Source: Kofleriaceae bacterium
GTDB lineage: Bacteria > Myxococcota_A > Polyangia > Haliangiales > Haliangiaceae
Assembly (NCBI GenBank): GCA_046597055.1
Contig: JBKJLC010000201.1
Location: 1 to 30,539, forward strand
Reading direction: 5' to 3'
Length of the DNA: 30,539 nt
This document shows, one piece after another, positions 1 through 14,901 of this stretch. The stretch's first letter is position 1; the number at the start of each line of letters is the position of its first letter. A model generated the notes under the pieces. It ran no database searches and was not told where the DNA came from. It saw nothing but the letters and a program-made list of their open reading frames with translations. Position numbers and translations under genes: made by a program.

Positions 1-85
1 TCGGGCGCTCACCAGGGGCACATGCCCGTTGCATGCAGCCATGGACGCGGCTACGGTCCCGTCCCTTCCCGCCGTACGGGTGCCC

Positions 86-3598
<3,513 letters not shown>

Positions 3599-3602
3599 GC
3601 GG

Positions 3603-4478
3603 GTGCGCCTCGCCGTGGACCTTCCCGGGTTGCGCGCGCTCGAGGCGGTGTGCCTGCGCTCGTCGGCGACCCCGCGCCAGCTCGTCCTCGACGGCTGGAT
3701 CGTCCGGCTATCGCCGGGCAAGGCCAAGCGGGCGCGCTCGGTCAACGCGTTCGAACCGACCGCCACCGCCCTCGACGAGCAGCTGACCCGCTGCGCCGCG
3801 CGCTACGCCGACGCTGGACTGCCGCTCCTGTTCCGCATCACGCCGTTCGTGTCACCGGCCGACCTGGACGCGCAGCTGGCGCGCCGCGGCTTCACCCGGT
3901 TCGAGACCACCGCGGTGATGACCGCCGATCTGCGCGCCGCGGACGGGCCGGCGGTTGCGCGCACGCCCCCGGCCGCGCTCGACACGATCACGTCCGCCCC
4001 CGCCGTCGCGGCCATCCCGTTCGCGCCGGCGATCGCGGCCATCGCGGTCGAGCCCGCGGTCGCGGCCATCCCGTTCGTGCCCGCGGTCGAGGCCGTCCCG
4101 GTCGAGCGCGCGGTCGCGGCGGTTGCGGCGCTGCGCGGTTCATCCGCGGTCGACGCCGCCGCGCACCACGAGCGCCTGCACGCGTTGCCGCTCGTGCGTC
4201 AGGGCTTCGTCCTCCACGATCGCGGCGCGCCGGTGTGCGCCGGGCTGGTGATCCTCGACGGCGGGCACGTCGGTCTGTTCGACCTCGTCACCGCGCCATC
4301 GCACCGGGGCCGCGGCCTGGCCACCGCCATCACCGCCGCCATGCTCGCGTGGGGGCGCCGCGCCGGCGCGACCACGGCGTACCTCCAGGTCGATGTGGAC
4401 AACGCTCCGGCGCGCGCGATCTACCGGCGCCACGGCTTCGTCGATCGCTACACCTACTGGTATCGCGCCGCGCCCTGA
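3603..4478 (+). CDS. GNAT family N-acetyltransferase
   Basis: Acetyl-CoA motif VTAPSHRGRGLA, AYLQVDVDNAPARAIYRRHGF and YTYWY; N-terminal DGWIVRLSPGKAKRARSVN. Start is GTG3603 or GTG3615. Confidence 0.9.
   Translation: MRLAVDLPGLRALEAVCLRSSATPRQLVLDGWIVRLSPGKAKRARSVNAFEPTATALDEQLTRCAARYADAGLPLLFRITPFVSPADLDAQLARRGFTRFETTAVMTADLRAADGPAVARTPPAALDTITSAPAVAAIPFAPAIAAIAVEPAVAAIPFVPAVEAVPVERAVAAVAALRGSSAVDAAAHHERLHALPLVRQGFVLHDRGAPVCAGLVILDGGHVGLFDLVTAPSHRGRGLATAITAAMLAWGRRAGATTAYLQVDVDNAPARAIYRRHGFVDRYTYWYRAAP
3999..4133 (+). repeat. 5 x 27-bp degenerate tandem repeat (PAVAAIPFA-like) inside the GNAT gene
   Basis: Units at 3999, 4026, 4053, 4080 and 4107, e.g. cccgcggtcgcggccatcccgttcgtg. Confidence 0.8.
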
Positions 4479-4578
4479 CCGCGCGCTCGTCGCGCCCTCC
4501 TCACCGGGCGTGGGCGTGCGCGTGACCCCGGTCGCCCCGGCCCGGCGCGGGTCGGGCCACTCTGGCAGACTGGTCGCG

Positions 4579-6876
4579 GTGTCGCGCGCTCCGGCTGTTC
4601 TGACGCTCTGCTCGATGGTGGCCTGCGGTGGGGACGACCGGGAGCCGGCGCCCCGCGCCGCCGTCACCGTCGTCTCCGATCTGTTCGCCGACCGCGATGC
4701 CAGCGCCATCGCCACACCCGGCGCACCTGGCGCCCCGGCCGCACCCGCCGCCCCGGCTGCCGCCGCGGTCGCACCGACCCGCCTCGAGCACGCGGTCTAC
4801 CACCTCGGCGACAACCTGCTGCTCGCGCATCGCGTCGTCGGCGGCGACCTGGTCGTCGACGCCGGCTCGATCGGCTTCTCGCGCTACATCCGCTTCGAGA
4901 TGCCGACCCGGCGCTGGCGCCTGCGCCGCGAGGTCGACGGCCACCGGGTCGCGACCGCCGCCAAGGGCGCTTCGCTCGAGCTGCCGCTCACGACAGCCCA
5001 GGCGGCCGCGGCCCGGGGCCTCGCGCTGCGCGTGGTCGCCAGTGAGGCCGACCGGCTGACGATCAAGCTCGGTGGCCGCAAGGCCGGCGCGATCGACGTC
5101 ACGCCCGGCCGCGCCTGGTATCCGATCGCGATCCCCGCGGATCGCTTCGTCGCCGGCGAGAACCAGCTCGTCATCGAGGGCGGCGCGCTCGCGCTCGAGA
5201 CGGTGCGGGTGTTCGCCGATCCCGGGCGCGCGGTCGACGCCGATCCGCTCGCCGCCGCGACCTGGTCGACCACCACCCGCGCGCTCACGCTCGCCGACGG
5301 CGCCGGGCTGGCCTGGTACGTCCACCTGCCGCCGCTGGCCCACCTGGTCGCCGACGTCGCCGGCCCGTGCCGGGTCGAGGTCAGCGCCCGCGCCGACGAC
5401 GGCACCCGCGCCGGTGGCCTGCTCGGCGGCGATGTCCGCGCGGTCGACCTGTCGCTGGTCGCCGATCAGGCGGTCCGCCTCGAGCTGACCGCGCGCGACT
5501 GCCCGCGCGCGGTGCTCGCCGATCCCGCCATCACGATCGCCGGTCCCGCCCCGGCGCCGGCGCCGGCCGGGGCCGCCCCCCAGCTGGTGATCTTGTGGGT
5601 CATGGACGCGCTCCGCGCCGACCGGGTCCGGCCGTTCACCCCGGGCGCCCGCGCCGAGGTCCCCGCGTTCGAGGCGCTCGCGCGCACCGGCGCCGTGTTC
5701 CGCCAGTACTACGTGGTCGGCAACGAGTCGCAGACCTCGCACGCCACGGTGTGGACCGGCACCTATCCGGCCGTGCACAACGTCCGCCTCGCCGGCGAGG
5801 GTGGCAACTGGAAGATCCCCGACCGGCTGCCGGTGCTCGGCGAGCTGATGAAGCGCGCGGGCCTCGCCACCGTCGGCATCACCGGCAACGGCTTCGTCAC
5901 CGCGAGCGGCGGCTACGCGCGCGGCTTCGACGAGTTCCGCAACATGATGCGCGAGCAGGGCGAAGGGGTGGTCAACGGCATCCTCTACGGCGCCGCGGTC
6001 CTGGCCCAGGCCGAGCAGCGCCTGCGGGTCCACCAGGGTCACCCGACCTTCCTGTTCATGGGCACGGTCGACACCCACGGCCCGTGGATCGCGCGGGCCC
6101 CGTGGCTCGAGCAGTACGACCGGCCCAAGCCGTACACCGGCCCGTTCCAGCAGTTCGGCACCGCGCGCGACCTCGGCCTCCGACCGGGCGTGATGGGCTG
6201 CGCCAGGATCCCGCCGGCGCGCGACATCGCCCGCCTGAGCGCGATCTACGACTCGGCGGTCAGCTACCAGGACGCGCGGCTGGGCGAGCTGGTCACGACC
6301 CTGAAGCGGCTCGGCCTGTACGAGCGGACGATGATCATCGTCACCGCCGATCACGGCGAGGAGCTGTTCGAGGATGGTCGGTGCGGTCACGGTGCCTCGC
6401 TGCGCGAGACGCTGGCCCGGGTCCCGCTGCTGGTCCACTACCCGGCGCGGGTCGCGGCCGGGGTGGTCGAGGAGGGCGTCGATGGCGTCGACGTCCTGCC
6501 GACGATCCTCGACGCCCTGGACGCCGAGCTGCCCGGCCACCTGCAGGGTGCGTCGCTGCTGCCGCTCGCCGCCGGCGTCGGCGCCGGCTGGCCGCGGCCC
6601 AGCTATGCCTCGCAGTACGAGTACGCCCACGCCATGCGGATCGCGCGGTGGAAGATCAAGATCGGGCGGCGCGGCGCGCCGACCGTGCGCGACCTGGTGG
6701 CGGACCCGGAAGAGCGGGTCGATCTCTCGCAGTCGCGCCCGACCGCGCGCCGGCTCCTGACCGACGGACTCGGCCTGTTCCTGGCGACCCGCGCTCGCTG
6801 GCACAAGCGCACGATGGGCGTGGTGACCAACCTGGCGCCCGGCGCCGCCGAGCGCCTCGAGAGCGGGGCCCCGTGA
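4579..6876 (+). CDS. Sulfatase-like (alkaline phosphatase superfamily) lipoprotein with a long N-terminal extension
   Basis: Motifs MDALRAD, ESQTSHATVWTG, DTHGPW, YDSAVSYQD, TADHGE and RVPLL. Lipobox-like MVAC follows GTG4579 (the ORF track extends to 4393). Confidence 0.88.
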   Translation: MSRAPAVLTLCSMVACGGDDREPAPRAAVTVVSDLFADRDASAIATPGAPGAPAAPAAPAAAAVAPTRLEHAVYHLGDNLLLAHRVVGGDLVVDAGSIGFSRYIRFEMPTRRWRLRREVDGHRVATAAKGASLELPLTTAQAAAARGLALRVVASEADRLTIKLGGRKAGAIDVTPGRAWYPIAIPADRFVAGENQLVIEGGALALETVRVFADPGRAVDADPLAAATWSTTTRALTLADGAGLAWYVHLPPLAHLVADVAGPCRVEVSARADDGTRAGGLLGGDVRAVDLSLVADQAVRLELTARDCPRAVLADPAITIAGPAPAPAPAGAAPQLVILWVMDALRADRVRPFTPGARAEVPAFEALARTGAVFRQYYVVGNESQTSHATVWTGTYPAVHNVRLAGEGGNWKIPDRLPVLGELMKRAGLATVGITGNGFVTASGGYARGFDEFRNMMREQGEGVVNGILYGAAVLAQAEQRLRVHQGHPTFLFMGTVDTHGPWIARAPWLEQYDRPKPYTGPFQQFGTARDLGLRPGVMGCARIPPARDIARLSAIYDSAVSYQDARLGELVTTLKRLGLYERTMIIVTADHGEELFEDGRCGHGASLRETLARVPLLVHYPARVAAGVVEEGVDGVDVLPTILDALDAELPGHLQGASLLPLAAGVGAGWPRPSYASQYEYAHAMRIARWKIKIGRRGAPTVRDLVADPEERVDLSQSRPTARRLLTDGLGLFLATRARWHKRTMGVVTNLAPGAAERLESGAP

Positions 6877-8012
6877 TCGCGCCCTGGCGCGGGTGGGCGC
6901 TCGCCGCGGTGCTCGCCGGATGCGCGCCGCCCGGGCGCGCGGAGGCGCCCGCGCGGATCGCGCCGCGGCCGGAGCCGGCGGTCGCGGCCACGCCGGTCCC
7001 GCCGCCCGCGCGGCCTGCGCCGGAGCGCCGGCCGCCGCCGCCGCGCTGGCTGCGCGGCTCGACCCACGTGCACGCGGCACCGTCGGGGGACTCGGGCACC
7101 TCGCCGGAGCGCGTGATCGCCTGGTACGAGGCCCGCGGCTACGACTTCGTCGTGCTGACCGATCACAACCGGGTGACCACCGTCGCCGACGCCAGCGCCG
7201 GGCGCACGTTCGTCCGGTTCCCGGACACCGGGCTGATCGTGATCGCCGGCATCGAGCTGACCTTCAACCCGGCCACCTGCCAGCCCGCGCCGCCGGCGCC
7301 CGAGGGCAAGTGCCGCATCCACGTCAACGTGCTGGGTCCCACCGCGCGTCCGGTCGGCAAGCTCGAGTGGGCCGACCGGAAGCACCCCGAGCGGGTCGCC
7401 ATGTACGGGCGCGCGCTCGAGGAGGCCGCGATGCTCGGGGGCATCGCCCAGCTCAACCATCCCCAGTGGCACTGGGGCACCACGCCCGAGTTGCTGGCGC
7501 AGCTCACCGCGCGAGGCCTCACGCTGATGGAGATCGCCAACGTGCAGTTCGCGCGCTGGAACGCCGGCGGCGACGGCCACCCGTCGACCGAGGCGCTGTG
7601 GGACGCGGCGCTGACCGCGGGCGCGACCTTGTGGGGGCTCGCCAGCGACGACGCCCACGACTACTTCGCCGATGGCAGCGGACGCTATCCCGCCGGTGGT
7701 GGCTGGGTGATGGTCGACGCACCGCGTGACCCGGACGCGATCCTGCGGGCGATCGCGACCGGGCGGTTCTATGCGTCGACCGGCGTCAGCCTGACCCGGG
7801 CCGAGGTCTGGGATGACGCGCTCGAGATCGAGGTGGCCAGCCCCGGAACGGGCCAGCACCTCATCCGGTACATCGGCACCGGTGGCCGGGTGCTCCTCGA
7901 CGTCACCGCGGATCGCGCACGATTTCCGCTCACGGGTGTGAGCGGCTACGTGCGGGCTGTGGTGATCCGCGACGACGGGGCCCGCGCGTGGATCCAGCCG
8001 GTCCGACGCTAG
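6873..8012 (+). CDS. PHP-domain (CehA/McbA-like) metallohydrolase lipoprotein
   Basis: GTGA overlap with the upstream stop; LAGC lipobox; WLRGSTHVH, LTDHN, NHPQW and ASDDAH metal-ligand motifs. Confidence 0.88.
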   Translation: MIAPWRGWALAAVLAGCAPPGRAEAPARIAPRPEPAVAATPVPPPARPAPERRPPPPRWLRGSTHVHAAPSGDSGTSPERVIAWYEARGYDFVVLTDHNRVTTVADASAGRTFVRFPDTGLIVIAGIELTFNPATCQPAPPAPEGKCRIHVNVLGPTARPVGKLEWADRKHPERVAMYGRALEEAAMLGGIAQLNHPQWHWGTTPELLAQLTARGLTLMEIANVQFARWNAGGDGHPSTEALWDAALTAGATLWGLASDDAHDYFADGSGRYPAGGGWVMVDAPRDPDAILRAIATGRFYASTGVSLTRAEVWDDALEIEVASPGTGQHLIRYIGTGGRVLLDVTADRARFPLTGVSGYVRAVVIRDDGARAWIQPVRR

Positions 8013-8073
8013 CCGAGCAACGCGAGGCGGCGCTGCGGCGAGCCCGCGGGCGACTCGAGCCGGCGTGCCCCGG

Positions 8074-8697
8074 TCACACCGGCATCAGGCCGTTCTGGAT
8101 CGCGAAGCGCGTGATGTCGGAGTTGTTCCGCAAGCGGAGCTTCTTCAACACGTGCCCGCGGTGGGTGTCGACAGTCTTCACGCTGATCGTGAGCAGCTCG
8201 GCGATCTCGCGGTTGGTCTTGCCCGCCGCGAGATAGCTCATCACCTGGAACTCCCGCTGCGACAGGATCTGGGCGGGATGTTCACTGCGCTTGCGCGCCA
8301 ACGCGGCCTCGATCTCGGCCGGTACCACCTGCTCGCCTCGGTTGATGCGATCGATCGCATCGAGCAGCTCGTCGATGTTGGCTGACTTCTTGACGTAGCC
8401 CGCTGCTCCCGCGCGGATCGCGCGGACGCCGTGGGCTTCGTCCTCGTGCATCGTGAGCATGATCGTCCGAGTCGGTACGTCCACGGCGCTGAGCTCGGCC
8501 AGCGCCTGTATGCCGTCCTTTTCCGGCATGGTTACGTCGAGTAGCAGGACATCTGGCCTGTGCCTGGCCACCATCGCGATGGCCTCCGCACCGGTAGCAG
8601 CTTGCCCTACAACATCGATCTTCTTGCTCTCTTCCAGCATGCGAACGAGAGCTTCACGAATGAGGGTATGGTCTTCGGCGATGACGACGCGAATCAT
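8074..8697 (-). CDS. NarL/FixJ (LuxR HTH) response regulator
   Basis: MIRVVIAEDH, phosphoacceptor LLLDVTMP, LTMH, GYVKK; HTH LSQREFQV...GKTNREIAELLTISVKTVDTHR; GGAG SD upstream of ATG8697. Confidence 0.95.
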   Translation of the reverse strand: MIRVVIAEDHTLIREALVRMLEESKKIDVVGQAATGAEAIAMVARHRPDVLLLDVTMPEKDGIQALAELSAVDVPTRTIMLTMHEDEAHGVRAIRAGAAGYVKKSANIDELLDAIDRINRGEQVVPAEIEAALARKRSEHPAQILSQREFQVMSYLAAGKTNREIAELLTISVKTVDTHRGHVLKKLRLRNNSDITRFAIQNGLMPV

Positions 8698-8722
8698 GTC
8701 GGTTCTCTCCAAAGCTTTCCCC

Positions 8723-8746
8723 AGGCTAACACGCTGATTCAGCATG
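8723..8746 (-). promoter_or_regulatory. Candidate extended -10 (TGTTAGCCT) with an adjacent 17-bp imperfect palindrome upstream of the response regulator
   Basis: CACGCTGA-T-TCAGCATG at 8730-8746; TAGCCT on the minus strand at 8723-8728. Confidence 0.45.
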
Positions 8747-8801
8747 GCTCGTCGAGGGTCGGGTATCGGTGGGGTTCCGATCATCGCGCAATCGACTCCG
8801 A

Positions 8802-8829
8802 TTGACCCGTAGGCCTTGATAGATACACT
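8802..8829 (+). promoter_or_regulatory. Sigma70-type promoter of the Ser/Thr kinase
   Basis: TTGACC-16 nt-TACACT in an AT-richer intergenic region. Confidence 0.65.
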
Positions 8830-8834
8830 CGAAG

Positions 8835-10988
<2,154 letters not shown>

Positions 10989-11019
10989 GCCGGCGGCGGG
11001 TCTGTGCGAAAGAGGGGCT

Positions 11020-11655
<636 letters not shown>

Positions 11656-11732
11656 TCGCCCCGGGCCCCGCGTCCTTCCGCAGGGCCACCGGGACATGAG
11701 CGGGCTCCTGAGCGTGCAGGCCGTCGGCGCGG

Positions 11733-12380
11733 TCAGCGCACGATGCCGAGGACCAGGCCGTCGGGGGTCGGGATGCACACCGAGTCGCAGTGCTCGGCGA
11801 CCAGCTGGTGGAACTCGCGCATGGCGCGGCCGCGGTCGCTGTCGTCCATCAGCTCGCCGAACAGGTACGCGTTGTCGCCGAGGATCAGGCCACCCGGGCG
11901 CAGGTTGGCGAGCGCCCACCGGCCGTAGTGGGCGTAGCTGACCTTGTCGGCGTCGAGGAAGATCGCGTCGAAGGGGCCCCGGTCGGTGAGCGTCGGGAGC
12001 ACGTCGACCCCGGCGCCCTCGAGCACGGTGACCCGGTCGGCGACCCCGGCGGCCGCGAGGTTGGCCCGGGCGATCGCGGCGTGGCGCGCCTCGTACTCGA
12101 TCGACCACAGGTGGCCGCCGGCGGGCAGGGCGCGCGCGACGTGGATCGTCGAGTAGCCGACCAGGGTGCCGACCTCGACCGCCCTGGTCACCCGCGCCAG
12201 TCGACACAGGAGCCCCAGCAGCTTGCCCTCCGAGGGGCCGACCATGATCGCGGGCACGCCCGCGGGCGGCGCGAACGCGCGCGCCAGGCCGTCGTCGTGC
12301 GGCACGTGGGTCGCGTTGCACCAGTCGAGGATCGCCGGGCTGGTGTAACGTTCGCCGCTTCGCGAGCTGTCGTCGGCCAT
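11733..12380 (-). CDS. O-methyltransferase (caffeoyl-CoA/catechol OMT-like)
   Basis: EVGTLVGYS, FDAIFLDADK, LRPGGLILGDN, PTPDGL. Confidence 0.92.
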   Translation of the reverse strand: MADDSSRSGERYTSPAILDWCNATHVPHDDGLARAFAPPAGVPAIMVGPSEGKLLGLLCRLARVTRAVEVGTLVGYSTIHVARALPAGGHLWSIEYEARHAAIARANLAAAGVADRVTVLEGAGVDVLPTLTDRGPFDAIFLDADKVSYAHYGRWALANLRPGGLILGDNAYLFGELMDDSDRGRAMREFHQLVAEHCDSVCIPTPDGLVLGIVR

Positions 12381-12439
12381 GGCGGGAAGATGCCATGGCC
12401 GGGCTCTGCCGCGGCGCAGGAGCGTGCTACCACCGAGCG

Positions 12440-13420
<981 letters not shown>

Positions 13421-13439
13421 AACTTGCCCGGGCCCGGCC

Positions 13440-13637
13440 CGGCGGGCTCGACGAGGTCACCCTGCAGCGAGCCACGCGCGGCACACCTACGATCACGTGG
13501 ACGTCGCCTGGGGCATGCGTCACGCCGACCTGCTGCGCGAGGAGCCGGGCCGGTTCATCGTCGACCTGACCTGGTTCGACGACGTGGTGCCGGCGAGCTT
13601 GCCCTCGGCGACCCGGGCGGTAGATTCGCCCCCATGA
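13440..13637 (+). pseudogene. Possible gene remnant between the epimerase and rhodanese genes
   Basis: Coding-like GC3-rich stretch (HTYDHVDVAWGMRHADLLREEPGRFIVDLTWFDDVVPA) with no convincing start; preceded by GLDEVTLQ in another frame. Confidence 0.35.
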
Positions 13638-14050
13638 AGTCGCTGTTGCTTGTGGTCGCGCTGGCGCTGTCGACCGTCGGGTGCAAGGACGAGCAACCGC
13701 GGCCGGTCCCGGCCGCCGGGACCAAGCTGCCGCAGGTCACGGTCGCCGAGCTCGAGGCGATGATCGCGAAGCGCGCGGCGACGCCGGTCGACGCCAACGG
13801 CCCGACCACGCGCAGCAAGATCGGGATCATCCCGGGTGCGGTGTTGCTGACCGACTACGAGACCTACACGGCCAGCGAGCTGCCGGCCGACAAGAACCAG
13901 CCGCTGGTCTTCTACTGCGCCAACGAGCAGTGCGGCGCGTCGGACACCGCCGCCGAGAAGGCGATCCACGCCGGCCACCGCGACGTGCGGGTGTTGCCCG
14001 CGGGCATCCTGGGCTGGCAGCAGGCCGGCAAGCAGCTCCAGACCCTGTGA
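13634..14050 (+). CDS. Rhodanese-like domain lipoprotein
   Basis: Signal MKSLLLVVALALSTVGC; VDAN, IPGA, VFYCANEQCGAS, GILGW. Confidence 0.9.
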   Translation: MKSLLLVVALALSTVGCKDEQPRPVPAAGTKLPQVTVAELEAMIAKRAATPVDANGPTTRSKIGIIPGAVLLTDYETYTASELPADKNQPLVFYCANEQCGASDTAAEKAIHAGHRDVRVLPAGILGWQQAGKQLQTL

Positions 14051-14799
14051 ACCTGCTGCTGCTCGAGCCCGCCGAGGCCGCGGGAGGGCGCGCGCGCATC
14101 ACCGACCGCCGCGCCGAGCATCTGCGCAAGGTGCTGCGGGTGGCGGTCGGCGACGACGTGCGCGCCGGGGTGATCGGCGGCGCGGTCGGCACCGCCACGA
14201 TCGTCAGCGACGACGGCACCACGATCGAGCTGGCGCTGACGCTCGACGTCGCGCCGCGGCCGCCGCTGCCGGTCGAGCTGGTGCTGGCGATGCCGCGGCC
14301 CAAGGTGCTGTCGCGGGTGCTCGAGACCGCGGCGGCGTTCGCGGTCCAGCGGATCGATCTCGTCAACGCGTGGCGGGTCGACAAGGCGTACCTGGCCAGC
14401 CCGCGGCTGGCGACCGAGGCGATCGGCGACCACGTCCGCCTCGGCGCCGAGCAGGGCATGACCACGCACCTGCCCGAGGTGGCGTTCCACCCGCGCCTGA
14501 TGGGCTTCCTCGACGCGCACCACGCGGCCGGCGCGGTGCGACCCGGCGTGCGGCTGTGCGCCCATGCCCGCGACGGCGCGCTGCCGGTGGTCGCAATCGA
14601 AGCGGCGTGGCAGGCGAGCCCTGGTCCGCCGGTGGTCCTCGCGATCGGGCCCGAGGGCGGCTGGATCGAGCGTGAGGTCGCGACCTTCGCCGAGCGCGGC
14701 TTCGCGATCGTGTCGCTCTGCGATGCCGTGCTGCGGGTCGAGGCCGCGCTGGCCGCGGCGCTCGGCCAGATCGCGCTGTTGCTCCGGACCGATCGGTGA
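14047..14799 (+). CDS. rsmE: 16S rRNA m3U1498 methyltransferase (SPOUT)
   Basis: GTGA overlap with the upstream stop; HLRKVLR, LAMPRPK, GAEQ, IGPEGG, VLRVEAA. Confidence 0.9.
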   Translation: MNLLLLEPAEAAGGRARITDRRAEHLRKVLRVAVGDDVRAGVIGGAVGTATIVSDDGTTIELALTLDVAPRPPLPVELVLAMPRPKVLSRVLETAAAFAVQRIDLVNAWRVDKAYLASPRLATEAIGDHVRLGAEQGMTTHLPEVAFHPRLMGFLDAHHAAGAVRPGVRLCAHARDGALPVVAIEAAWQASPGPPVVLAIGPEGGWIEREVATFAERGFAIVSLCDAVLRVEAALAAALGQIALLLRTDR

Positions 14800-14803
14800 G
14801 CGG

Positions 14804-14831
14804 TTGACAGGTCGGCCGCACGCACTACGGT
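14804..14831 (+). promoter_or_regulatory. Sigma70-type promoter upstream of the TPP-TPS fusion
   Basis: TTGACA (perfect -35)-16 nt-TACGGT. Confidence 0.7.
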
Positions 14832-14901
14832 CGTTCGTGATCTCACGCGCCCGTCAGCTCCAGCTCCCGACCGGTCCGGTCGCTCGTCCCCCGCGGTCGG
14901 C

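Noticed and set aside
4501..7080. Long antisense ORFs (also 2135-3766, 8781-11099, 14854-16971, 23962-25746)
   Set aside because: Stop-poor shadow frames expected at high GC, opposite genes with clear family motifs
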